A DNA stretch of 64,000 bases from positions 160,001 through 224,000 of the forward strand of contig CAXXSL010000016.1 of the NCBI GenBank assembly GCA_963675525.2, in the 5' to 3' direction. The notes beneath the pieces are model-generated. The model ran no database searches. It worked only from the letters and a program-made list of their open reading frames with translations, and was not told where the DNA came from. Positions within the stretch are counted from its first letter, which is position 1; every line of letters starts with the position of its first letter. This DNA comes from Anaerohalosphaeraceae bacterium (lineage in GTDB: Bacteria > Planctomycetota > Phycisphaerae > Sedimentisphaerales > Anaerohalosphaeraceae). The position numbers and the translations under genes are program-made. Shown piece by piece: positions 39,937 to 49,733 of the stretch.

Positions 39937-41103
39937 ATGATTTTTGGAGATTTTGTCGGGCCTGAGCGGCCGTTAAGCTGGGCATTTCAATTCTGGCCCG
40001 TATTGGTGTGTTCGTTTATTGTCGCTCTTGCGGCCACGTGGTTGTGCAAGAAAATTGCCCTGAAACTGGGCATTGTGGATAAGCCGGACGCGTTTGTCAA
40101 AACACACAAAGAACCCGTGGCGTATTTGGGCGGTGTTGGGATATTGGCAGGACTAACCGTTGGGGTCCTGGCAGGCATTGTGCTGCTGAAGGATTTTGAA
40201 ACGTTTGACAAGAGCCTTAAATGGATTTTAGGAATATTAGCGGGAGCAGGAATTGCATGCTTTGTGGGCTTGGTAGATGATATCCTGGATATTAAACCAT
40301 GGCAAAAATTACTGGGGCAATTCATGGCAGCGTTTGGCTTAATCCTCGTTGGTATCCTTCCTAACTTGAACTACTTTTTTGTACCGTTTAATATCGAACT
40401 GCCGGAATGCATAGGAGGCTTACTCGGTTTTTTTGTAGTCACTTTTTTTGTATTAGGGGCGACCAATTCGCTCAACTTACTGGATGGACTGGATGGACTT
40501 TGCGGCGGGGTCACTGTCATCATTACCCTCGGAATGCTCATACTGTCGATCCATTTGGCAACCTGGGGTACAAGCCAAGTTGGTGATCCGGTGCGGATCA
40601 TTGTCTGCTTGGGTATGGTGGGCGGTGTGCTGGGCTTTTTGCCGTTTAACCGACATCCGGCGAAGATCTTTATGGGCGATGCCGGCAGCATGCTGCTGGG
40701 ATTTTTAACCGCTACAATAATGATGCTGTTCGCCAAGCAGATCCCGCGGTGGTGGATGGCGTCGATCGTGATCTTCGGACTGCCCGCTTTAGATACCGCA
40801 ACAGCTTTAGTCAGACGCTTTATCAATCATAAACCGCTGTTCGTCTCGGATCGGGGACATATCTATGATCAGTTGATGGACCGTGGAATCCCGTTGAAAA
40901 AAACGGTGGTTATCTGCTACGGTCTGGCGGGATTGTATGCATTTATAGGCCTGACGATGAGCCAGATCCGGACACGGTATGCGCTTGTGGTCTATCTAAT
41001 CGTGATCATCGTTTCAGCCATTGTGATCTGGAAGAAGGGTTTTCTGAAAATGGAGGGGTATCGGGGAGCAATCAGGAAGGAAGACGCGAGACCTGAGGCG
41101 TGA
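39937..41103 (+). CDS. WecA/TagO/MraY-family undecaprenyl-phosphate HexNAc-1-phosphate transferase
   Basis: YLGGVGI, GLVDD, TNSLNLLDGLDGL, PAKIFMGDAGS, DRGHI. Confidence 0.92.
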   Translation: MIFGDFVGPERPLSWAFQFWPVLVCSFIVALAATWLCKKIALKLGIVDKPDAFVKTHKEPVAYLGGVGILAGLTVGVLAGIVLLKDFETFDKSLKWILGILAGAGIACFVGLVDDILDIKPWQKLLGQFMAAFGLILVGILPNLNYFFVPFNIELPECIGGLLGFFVVTFFVLGATNSLNLLDGLDGLCGGVTVIITLGMLILSIHLATWGTSQVGDPVRIIVCLGMVGGVLGFLPFNRHPAKIFMGDAGSMLLGFLTATIMMLFAKQIPRWWMASIVIFGLPALDTATALVRRFINHKPLFVSDRGHIYDQLMDRGIPLKKTVVICYGLAGLYAFIGLTMSQIRTRYALVVYLIVIIVSAIVIWKKGFLKMEGYRGAIRKEDARPEA

Positions 41104-41235
41104 GACTTGAGGTTTTTTAGACACAGGTTGACACAGATTTTATTACCACGAAAGACACGAAGGGCAATTTTGAATTCTTAATGTTGAATTTTGAATTAGC
41201 TTTATCCACGGATTACACGAATCAACACAGATTAA
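41092..41235. repeat. Mosaic of short 7-9 bp repeat units
   Basis: ACACAGGTTGACACAGATT, CCACGAAAGACACGAA, TTTTGAATT..GTTGAATTTTGAATT, CCACGGATTACACGAATCAACACAGATT. Confidence 0.55.
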
Positions 41236-41407
41236 GCCGCTTGAAGGACTAACGTCCTTTGCTATTCAACTCATAAGGAATATCTCGAAGCAAACTTTTG
41301 CGAATTCCTTATCGATCTGTCCAGAGGCTTGACAGCCCAAGCGGAAAAAAAAACGAACACGAAGGAACTCAGAAACCAGAGGACAAAAAACGTAAATATA
41401 AAAAACT

Positions 41408-43063
41408 TCACTGTTCATCTGGATTGGACAGCCAGTTCTGGCTCATGATCACGAAGTCGTCGAGATTCACAACCCCATTGAAATCCAGATCTCCCTGAAT
41501 CAAATTTTCGGGTTTTGCAGAATAGAGGTAGTCCTGGTACAACTGCCGCAGGTCTACTGCACGCAGTCGACCGGCTGCAATATGTGCAGCAACAACATCG
41601 ATATAATCCTTGAAATCCTGCAGGTTTCCTTCGTTAACGCCGGATGCGCTGCCATCTGTATAGTGATGCCATACTTCAACATGAATCGCCCTGTCACCTT
41701 CGTCTTCGGGACCTCGATCTCTTACATATGTCCAATCTACATGCGGCGGTTCCTGGCTTGTACCCGAGGGATTAGTCACCTCATAAATGGCTTCGTCGGC
41801 CCCTTCCCTTAATGTACCTGACGAGTATGTCCCCGGTGTCCATAGTAACGTCCCCACATTAGCTTCCAGCATTTTATAAGCATTCGCCAAATGCGTGTCA
41901 TTGGCTGCACGTATTTCTGTATTTTCATCCCACATTGTCAATAAACCATAATACCCCATGCCATGGCCCTGCCTGGGGCGCCCAAACATGTATGGCTTTA
42001 AGTACTGCTCATGATGCGGCAGCCACCACTCCTGCGGTGATCCAAAAATGCCAGCTCCAAAACCTAAGCCATTCTCATCCATCCATTGGCGATTTTCTTC
42101 AATATCGGCAATCAAATCTTCAACCAGTGTTTGAGGGTTTGACCATAAGTCAGTAATACCATCTCCTCTATCTCGCGGGGGACTATGGCTAACTCCATGG
42201 TTGATATGGATGCATCCAGCCTTTTCAAGTGCTTGATTTTGGGCTAACGTCATTCCCTCAGAAAGGCCAACACCAACACCATTCGAGAAGTTTTTATTGA
42301 TGAATAATGAAATGGGAATCCCCCGGCTTAAAGCATACATGGCTGCATCGTACTGCTTGATATAGTTGTCATCAAAGGTGCAGCAGTACAGCGGCATTTT
42401 CAATCGACCGTCCCATACCGTCAGACCATTGACTAAAATATAGGCCGGTTGCTCATTGTCCTGAGGGACTGCCAGAATCGTAATGCCATCCAAGGCTCCA
42501 ATATCTCCCGGATTGTACCCGTGTGTCGGGGTAAGTGTGTAATCAATCCATCCCGTACGAGGGCTTCTGCTGGTGAACCAGACAAGGTAGGAGTATTCGG
42601 CGCCTTCTGAACGGAGTTTAATATAAACGCTCTGTATATTATGATCTCCGGGCGGAATATAGAACCTGAATTTAATGGATTTATGTTTCCAATTTAGTGT
42701 CGGTGATATATCGCAGGTAAAATAAGATGCGATATGTCCCACAATATTTAATTTGGTGGATTGCAACCCCTCAATCTTTCGAGAATCATATTCAACCGAT
42801 CCGATTCCTGCATATTTGGGCTCAAGTATGAGGCCCGTCCCATCAAAGAAATCTTCAAATCCCGGTGTTATCCGCCCTTTGGCACAGACCGGACCTGCAA
42901 ATGTTTTCTGTATCTTTGAATGCTCCATCCCTTCTTGAAAGAGACTCGTAAAGGAAGACATAGTTAATCCTGACTCCACCTTAAGGCCCAGTAAACCTAT
43001 ACACTGTGCCCTGGATGTTGCCATCAAGATGCATATCAACAAGGTTATTTTCCATTTTTTCAT
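41408..43063 (-). CDS. Secreted polysaccharide deacetylase-like protein with dockerin-like tail
   Basis: Signal peptide; CTFDD, INHGVSH, VWHH; GDLDFNGVVNLDDF..NWL. Confidence 0.7.
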   Translation of the reverse strand: MKKWKITLLICILMATSRAQCIGLLGLKVESGLTMSSFTSLFQEGMEHSKIQKTFAGPVCAKGRITPGFEDFFDGTGLILEPKYAGIGSVEYDSRKIEGLQSTKLNIVGHIASYFTCDISPTLNWKHKSIKFRFYIPPGDHNIQSVYIKLRSEGAEYSYLVWFTSRSPRTGWIDYTLTPTHGYNPGDIGALDGITILAVPQDNEQPAYILVNGLTVWDGRLKMPLYCCTFDDNYIKQYDAAMYALSRGIPISLFINKNFSNGVGVGLSEGMTLAQNQALEKAGCIHINHGVSHSPPRDRGDGITDLWSNPQTLVEDLIADIEENRQWMDENGLGFGAGIFGSPQEWWLPHHEQYLKPYMFGRPRQGHGMGYYGLLTMWDENTEIRAANDTHLANAYKMLEANVGTLLWTPGTYSSGTLREGADEAIYEVTNPSGTSQEPPHVDWTYVRDRGPEDEGDRAIHVEVWHHYTDGSASGVNEGNLQDFKDYIDVVAAHIAAGRLRAVDLRQLYQDYLYSAKPENLIQGDLDFNGVVNLDDFVIMSQNWLSNPDEQ

Positions 43064-43121
43064 ATGAAACGCCCTCTACCAACTTAGCGTATTCTACCCG
43101 ATCGGAAGCTGAAAATCAATT

Positions 43122-44273
43122 TCAGGCAGGGTTGAATTGAGTAATAAACTCCACTGTGCGGCGGACGGTTCTTTCACTGGCCCGGGGATGAAGCGGAAGA
43201 TTGACCGTCTCAGCAGCAGCTTTTTCGGCTTCCGGGCACATGCCGATAGTATAATCGTATGGAGCCAGCGGCGTTTCCTCCGGATGCAGAGGCGATTCGA
43301 ACCAACTGCCCAGTTCAATACCCGCGGATGCGGCTTTTTCAAGGGCTTCTTTTTTTTGCTTGATCCGTACCGGATAACGAACCATGACCGGGTCCATGAT
43401 GGACGTATCATAATTTCGGGTCGGCCAACCCTTCGCCGCAAGCAATTCGTCATAGCGGGTACCCATTTGTCGTCTGTGGTCGATATTCTGTTGCAGTTTC
43501 CCTAACTGTTTTAAACCAGAGCAGGCCTGTACGGCACCCATTCCTTTAAAAAAGTCACCCGCCATTTCAGGAACAAACTCTGCCGTCGAAGAAGACCCCA
43601 CAACCAAGCCTTTTTTGGTGAGGAACCGAAAGAGTGTCTGGGCCAGTGCTGTTGTGCGGGGATAAATGAATGCGCGATAGACCGCCAGTTGTGCGGAAAG
43701 CATCAATTTGTCCTTTGTAGAAGGGTGAATCATTTCGCTTTCGCGCAACTGTTCAATCCTGTCGGCAAGTTCTTTATCATTGGTGATGGCCATCCCACCC
43801 AAACCCGTTGTAAAAGGTTTGTTCCACTGGAAGGAAAAATATGCCGCTTGACCCAACGTACCAACAAGTTTGTCCTTATACATTGAACCGAGTGATAGAC
43901 AGCAGTCTTCAATGACTGGAATATGGTGCTGTTGAGCAATTTCGAGGATCGCATCCATATCACAGGGATAGCCATAGGTATGCTGAGCAATAATCAGCTT
44001 GGTGTTGGGGGTAATTTTTTCTCCGATCAACCCGGGAATCATGTTAAAGGTATTCGGCTCGATATCCACATAGATTGGTTTTGCTCCCACATACTTGATA
44101 GGATTGACATCCATCACGCAGGTATAACCGGGCAAGATCACTTCGTCGCCCGAGCCGACCTCCAAGCCGCGCAGTATCGCATACAAAGCAACGCGGGCTT
44201 TCCAGAAAGAGAACGCTTTGTTCGCACAGACTACATCTCCGTATGACTTTTCAAAGCTTTGAATTTTACCCAT
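43122..44273 (-). CDS. DegT/DnrJ/EryC1/StrS PLP-dependent sugar aminotransferase
   Basis: GDEVILPGYTC, QHTYG, VIEDCC, FSFQWNKP, CPEAE..NLPLH. Confidence 0.92.
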   Translation of the reverse strand: MGKIQSFEKSYGDVVCANKAFSFWKARVALYAILRGLEVGSGDEVILPGYTCVMDVNPIKYVGAKPIYVDIEPNTFNMIPGLIGEKITPNTKLIIAQHTYGYPCDMDAILEIAQQHHIPVIEDCCLSLGSMYKDKLVGTLGQAAYFSFQWNKPFTTGLGGMAITNDKELADRIEQLRESEMIHPSTKDKLMLSAQLAVYRAFIYPRTTALAQTLFRFLTKKGLVVGSSSTAEFVPEMAGDFFKGMGAVQACSGLKQLGKLQQNIDHRRQMGTRYDELLAAKGWPTRNYDTSIMDPVMVRYPVRIKQKKEALEKAASAGIELGSWFESPLHPEETPLAPYDYTIGMCPEAEKAAAETVNLPLHPRASERTVRRTVEFITQFNPA

Positions 44274-44367
44274 TTTTATTATCCCTCCTCTTCTTATGAC
44301 TCAATAGAAGTTGCCTCTGGCATATTTGTTGTCTGCTGGATGTTAAGCCGATAAAACGTTTTTTCAT
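44266..44367 (-). CDS. Possible 33-aa leader ORF coupled to the DegT gene
   Basis: GGAG RBS; MKKRFIGLTSSRQQICQRQLLLSHKKRRDNKNG; stop overlaps the DegT start region. Confidence 0.3.
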   Translation of the reverse strand: MKKRFIGLTSSRQQICQRQLLLSHKKRRDNKNG

Positions 44368-44703
44368 AGGTACAATCTCCTAAACTCAGCATCAATACCA
44401 CACTAAACCCATCGGATATCCGATAATTTAAAATGGCATAGTTTTTTGGAAACAAGCCACAACTTTTGGGGCAAATCTTATTTTTTACTTGAAAATATAC
44501 TTCGAGTTAACCTATAATTCCCTCTATATTGTTTTGTTTCTTGTACAAAATAATGAAAAGATCAATGCTCTATTATTTGCCACTCTAGCTTAACTTTTAA
44601 AGCGCGTCTATTGTAAAGACGAGATTCAGGTGTGATTCCTGGGGGTGGCTCCATTTTTTATAGTTCACCAAACTCATGAAATCTGAGCGTAAGAAAGAAT
44701 GTG

Positions 44704-45678
44704 ATGGCTTCAATTGATTCAAATACAGCCGCCCCGGCACTTGGTGGAACGCTAAAAAACTTTGCGTATGACCTTCAGAAACAAGGCAAAACAGCACATC
44801 TGACCGATTGCGATAATCAGATATGGATTCCATGGTCCAGATTTGAACTGACACGAATGCCAATGACTAACACATCGACACCTAATCCGAAAGAACTTAA
44901 AGCACTTCTAAAAAAACCTGGCATTCATATACTTACATACCTAATAGAACCCACAGAGTCATATCCGGCAAACTGTTTTCTATATCTCTGTCGGAATCAA
45001 GAATATGACTTATACTGCCTGAGTAAGAATGGTCGTAAAGCAATTAAACGAGGCTTTCGTAATGTTAGCATCCGCCGAATCCCATGGGAAGAGTTTGAGG
45101 AAAAGGGTTACCCTGCCTACGCAGAAACAGATATTCGCCATGGTTACCCTGAGCCCGCAATGGAAAAGTTCTTGGAATTTGTCGATCAACGAAAACACTC
45201 ACCTTTTTATGAAGTATGGGGCACCTGTGACAGCGAAAAATTACTTTCCTGGCTGGTACTGTTCAAAGTAGATAACTGGGCACTTTTCGAAGCTTCACCT
45301 AGCTGTGACGTTGCTTTGCAGAATTATGCCAACAACGCATTAAGGTATGAGGTACTTCGCACTTTACTGGTCGAAGAAAAACGCTCTGAAGTGCTCACTG
45401 GCTTGAGCAGCATAAACCCCAATTCTGACCCTAAGTCACTTTACATCTACAATACTCGCATGGGATTTGAGGCTGTTCCAATGCGTCGCATTTTCATGCC
45501 TGCAGCCTGGCTTGAAATAATAACCAAGCCCAAACTGGCCGCACATTTCTGGTCTTTAATGACAAAAATATTACCACAGATTTCGGCTTTGAATAAACTA
45601 GCTGGCATGAGTCGTCTGATATCCGGCTTGGAGGACGACCCTCTCGGCTGGGTAAATGAGTTGAAGGACGAAAACTAA
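44704..45678 (+). CDS. FemAB-like double-GNAT-fold protein
   Basis: LSKNGRKAIKRG, ANNALRYEVL, YNTRMGF resemble FemAB/GNAT-6 motifs. Confidence 0.65.
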   Translation: MASIDSNTAAPALGGTLKNFAYDLQKQGKTAHLTDCDNQIWIPWSRFELTRMPMTNTSTPNPKELKALLKKPGIHILTYLIEPTESYPANCFLYLCRNQEYDLYCLSKNGRKAIKRGFRNVSIRRIPWEEFEEKGYPAYAETDIRHGYPEPAMEKFLEFVDQRKHSPFYEVWGTCDSEKLLSWLVLFKVDNWALFEASPSCDVALQNYANNALRYEVLRTLLVEEKRSEVLTGLSSINPNSDPKSLYIYNTRMGFEAVPMRRIFMPAAWLEIITKPKLAAHFWSLMTKILPQISALNKLAGMSRLISGLEDDPLGWVNELKDEN

Positions 45679-45730
45679 GAATTCTCTCCAGACCGAAACT
45701 CAAATTGATTTTGGTTGGATACATATTATC

Positions 45731-46951
45731 TTACTGGCCACAGATCAAGCGTTTATACTGATCAACAACAGTAGAACGAGAGAAATATTTCTCAGCATAA
45801 TCGCGTGCATTGCGCCCGTACTCATGCCGGATCGATTCATTATCGGCTATCCACAAAATGGCATCGGCCAAGGCTTGCGGGTCCTGCGGTGGACACACAA
45901 GCCCACAGGGAACATTACGGATAAGCCGGGCGCTATCGGATTTATCCGAGGCAGATGCAATAACCGCTCTGCCGGCAGCCATGTAACCCAGGACTTTGCT
46001 TGGAACACTTGTCATGCCCGAATCGGGGAGCAAGGTTAACACGCCAACATCAGCCGTTGCTTGAAGTTCCTTCAGCCGGTCGTCCGGCTGAAACGGCAGA
46101 AAGTGAATGTTTTCGGCACCCCTCTCTTGTGCCATCTTCTGCATTTGTTTCTTAATAACACCTTCGCCTACGACTAAGATTAAAATGTCCTTTCGATGCT
46201 CGAGGTGTTTGGCAGTTTCTATAAGAATCTGCGCACCGCTAACATGGCCTATTGTGCCGGCAAAGAGTGCAACAAATGTGTCAGAGGCAATGCCCTGCTG
46301 CCTGCGCCAATCGTTGTCACGCGACATGGGTTGAATTTTCTGTGTATCTATCCAAAACGGAATTACATCTACACTTTCAGCGGCAATACCGCGGGCGACC
46401 ACCTGGTCTTTCATACCCTGGCCAAGAACACTGATAACATCACTGCATCTGCAATTGAGAGTATCAATTTTACGAAGAACACGGTAAACGAAATTCTCCT
46501 TTACAAGGCCTGCATTTAGAACAGCCTCCGGCCAAAGGTCAAAAATCACGTTTACAAATCGCCCTCTCCACAAACGGGCTAACGCCCACGCCGCCCAAAC
46601 ACCTGTTAAGGGAGTAGAGAGACATACAACAACATCGTGACGTCCAAGTGACAAACCGTTAATAAACGAACTGGCCGCAAACGACGTATACACACCTAAC
46701 CGTTTGAGCGATGAAGTTTTGTCGGCTATCAACATCGCCACTCGCTGGACTTCGTGCCGGCCATCGCGTTCTTTTTGCCGCCATTTCATCTTGTAGCCCG
46801 GATAAAGTTTTCCTTTAGGGTGATTGGGCCATCCGGTTTGCACCGTGACCTTGTGCCCTTTAGCCGAAAGGTCGTCAGCTAACTCTCTGACCATTATACC
46901 TGCAGGTGCAACCTCGGGCGGATAGACATAACAGATTATCAGTATCTTCAA
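45731..46951 (-). CDS. GT4 glycosyltransferase (WcaI/WbuB-like)
   Basis: YPPE, PNHP, DLWPE, AGTIG, PFQP, VPSKVLGYMAAG. Confidence 0.93.
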   Translation of the reverse strand: MKILIICYVYPPEVAPAGIMVRELADDLSAKGHKVTVQTGWPNHPKGKLYPGYKMKWRQKERDGRHEVQRVAMLIADKTSSLKRLGVYTSFAASSFINGLSLGRHDVVVCLSTPLTGVWAAWALARLWRGRFVNVIFDLWPEAVLNAGLVKENFVYRVLRKIDTLNCRCSDVISVLGQGMKDQVVARGIAAESVDVIPFWIDTQKIQPMSRDNDWRRQQGIASDTFVALFAGTIGHVSGAQILIETAKHLEHRKDILILVVGEGVIKKQMQKMAQERGAENIHFLPFQPDDRLKELQATADVGVLTLLPDSGMTSVPSKVLGYMAAGRAVIASASDKSDSARLIRNVPCGLVCPPQDPQALADAILWIADNESIRHEYGRNARDYAEKYFSRSTVVDQYKRLICGQ

Positions 46952-47070
46952 AATAAGCTTTCTATTCAGACGGCAAGACGGGCGAAAATTTCATTCATAA
47001 TGATTCTTGAAGAAAGTCCAACTACAATGAAAATCACTCTCTCTCGGATTTGCGGGGAGGGAGTTGCATT

Positions 47071-48912
47071 TTATTCCCAACAATTAGATTGATTAAGAAG
47101 ACCACACGACATCCATTCCAAAGAGAGCTCTGCAAAATCAATAATATCTATTTTACAATCTCCATTTGAATCCATAAGTGGAGGACCAGGACATTCTTCC
47201 GTTGGAATTGGGCCACCGCCTATAGGATTGCCGGGAATCAAATTATTTTCGTAGGCACTTGCAATACGTCCGGCTATCCATGCTTCCCCATCGGCATCCG
47301 GATGCACTTGGTCAAGGATGGAAACTTCATCATATCCCTCCGGGTAGCTCCATACGTCGGCGTAGGGCAACCTGAGTTTGTGAGCAGTATACTGTAAAAG
47401 CCGGTTGATTTGTCTTTGTGTGTAGTTTTCATTGATATATTCCTGGGGATTTGTATCTATTCTCGGAATCATCCCACACACAACAATGTCCTCAGCCCCC
47501 CTTGATATAGAACTGCCGTCAGAATTGTATATAAGCGATAGTTGTGAGTCTGCGATTAACTTTGCGGCTTGGCCTGCAACCATCGCCGCCACCGTATCCA
47601 AATAGGCGTCTGACAAAGAAGCAGAATTAACAAATAATGACATATCTTTTGTACATATCCCATTTACCGGGACAAAAATAACATCCTTCATCGCACAAAG
47701 GTCGGAACCAAGCGAGTTCCAACGCCATATTATTGGCGTTACTAACCCGTTGTTCAACGTTAAATAATTGCCACCGATTGAGGCATCTATAACATAACGT
47801 TCATAGGTGAACGCAGTCGCCAATTCTTCTCTGATATTATACGCTATACTGTCCCCCAAACACACAACGGGTTTTCGGCACACAACCACTCGACTGACAA
47901 CCGCCTCTCCATCCTCATTCGTCAGACGAATTCGCCGAATCTTGTTTGCGGCGGTTATCGTTTCCCACATACGATCATCGGCAAGACTTATCATTCTTAT
48001 GTCGGCCGCTCCTCCCACCTGTCCCTGTCCGACTTCGTAGTTGCAATAGAATACCTGATACGCTCCAGACGCGGCGTTAATCCAGATGAAGTAGTCTATC
48101 TTGTGTCCATCCTGTCCTGTTAGACTATCAAAATTAGTACCATCATCCACCGTATCGGCAGACATATCAATCGTCATCGTGACTTGAGTGACGTTGGCCG
48201 CAGTTGCAGTATCCGTGCACTGGAGTTCAATTGTAAGAGAATTATCGTCTGGCACGTTTACATCTTCAAAAACAATCCAATATTTGCCGGCATTTGGTGT
48301 CGCCAAACTCACAACACTTCCATCGCCTAAATCGGTTGTATCATCGTATTCGATAAATTCAGATGTTGAAACGGTGCAGTCCATCAATAAATCAGACGAA
48401 GTATCAGTTGTCATACTCACTGTGTCCGCATCGACAACATACCACTGAAAAATATCGCTCCCTGAATCTCGCCGCACAATCGACCGGCCTCCGCTGGTAT
48501 AAAAGGCAATGAACTCATCTGATTCCACCGCCACAGGATTTCCATTAATCGTCGGATTTGAAATTGTAACCGTGTATATGCCCGTAGCTGGAGAAGCCAG
48601 GCCTGCATTGACTTGAGATGTTATATCAATTTCACGCTCAAGCACAAATTCACCCGCTGAACCACTAACAATCTTTAATTTGGCAGATGTGCAATCAACC
48701 CCCCAACTGTAAAGTCGTAACCGGACTTGGACTAATGTCCCATCAACCCCGAACCGACAAGCTGGGTTTGACATTGTCGATTCACCGTTTGATGTTGCCC
48801 CGCTGCTGGCAGCAAATCCATATCCACCGCAGTTAATTGAAACGGCAGATGAATCATATACCCCCAACGCCTGCATACACATCAACAAAAATATAATCGT
48901 TGTAAATTTCAA
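47071..48912 (-). CDS. Secreted SGNH/GDSL hydrolase-like protein with dockerin-like tail
   Basis: Signal peptide; CLGDSI, SIGG, VNG, DQVHP; MDSNGDCKIDIIDF..EW. Confidence 0.72.
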   Translation of the reverse strand: MKFTTIIFLLMCMQALGVYDSSAVSINCGGYGFAASSGATSNGESTMSNPACRFGVDGTLVQVRLRLYSWGVDCTSAKLKIVSGSAGEFVLEREIDITSQVNAGLASPATGIYTVTISNPTINGNPVAVESDEFIAFYTSGGRSIVRRDSGSDIFQWYVVDADTVSMTTDTSSDLLMDCTVSTSEFIEYDDTTDLGDGSVVSLATPNAGKYWIVFEDVNVPDDNSLTIELQCTDTATAANVTQVTMTIDMSADTVDDGTNFDSLTGQDGHKIDYFIWINAASGAYQVFYCNYEVGQGQVGGAADIRMISLADDRMWETITAANKIRRIRLTNEDGEAVVSRVVVCRKPVVCLGDSIAYNIREELATAFTYERYVIDASIGGNYLTLNNGLVTPIIWRWNSLGSDLCAMKDVIFVPVNGICTKDMSLFVNSASLSDAYLDTVAAMVAGQAAKLIADSQLSLIYNSDGSSISRGAEDIVVCGMIPRIDTNPQEYINENYTQRQINRLLQYTAHKLRLPYADVWSYPEGYDEVSILDQVHPDADGEAWIAGRIASAYENNLIPGNPIGGGPIPTEECPGPPLMDSNGDCKIDIIDFAELSLEWMSCGLLNQSNCWE

Positions 48913-49045
48913 CTCATTACCTCTGTCCTAATAATGTAGTAATATCATGTTTGATTTAGGAATATGACGGATTGAATTCCACCTTCGTCAAAGGTGCTAT
49001 ACCGAATGGAAAAGTCCTTACAACTCCGTGCTGGTTCGCATAGCA

Positions 49046-49615
49046 TTACTTTCTGACAATTGAATAATTAATTCTATTACACGGCTTGCCATATTTAATA
49101 TATGCATTTTCGATAACACTTTCCTGAATCATCCCGCATTTTTCCATAACTTTTTTTGAGCCGACGTTATCTTCAAAAGTCCAGGCATCGATACGCTCAA
49201 GGCCCCACTGTTTAAATCCAAACTCAATCGCTAACGGCAGCACTTCTGACATTAACCCTTTACGCCAATATTTCCGGCCGATCCAAAAACCCAAATCAGC
49301 AAAATCATCTTCATCATTATTTTTTGAAAAAGAAACGATACCAATAACTTTACCCGTGTCTTTAAGAACGACCCCTAATCTGAGACTCTTTTCTTTTTTA
49401 GACCTAACAAATGCCCCGACAATTATCTTTAAGCCCTTGTTGAAATGTCCCGCAAGCCTTCCAATGACACTCCCAACAGGAGTCCCCATACACCCTTTCC
49501 CCGGGGGCCCAGTCCATTTGCCTACTTCTTTATCCCTGATATTGCGATATACGTTAAATAGATCTGTAACTTTAAGCTTTCGCAATAATATTCTATCCGT
49601 TTTAAATTGGCACAT
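49046..49615 (-). CDS. GNAT N-acyltransferase (RimJ/RimL type)
   Basis: TDRILLR, LGFWIGRKYWRKGLMSE, NVGSKKVMEKCG. Confidence 0.9.
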   Translation of the reverse strand: MCQFKTDRILLRKLKVTDLFNVYRNIRDKEVGKWTGPPGKGCMGTPVGSVIGRLAGHFNKGLKIIVGAFVRSKKEKSLRLGVVLKDTGKVIGIVSFSKNNDEDDFADLGFWIGRKYWRKGLMSEVLPLAIEFGFKQWGLERIDAWTFEDNVGSKKVMEKCGMIQESVIENAYIKYGKPCNRINYSIVRK

Positions 49616-49733
49616 CGAACTTGTCCTGATTATGCTGATTCTTTCGTGATCTTGTATATGAATTAATTGTTACCCATACTTCACATCTTTTAAATGCCCA
49701 CCACAAAACAGGCATGGGGGGCTGACGCCGATG

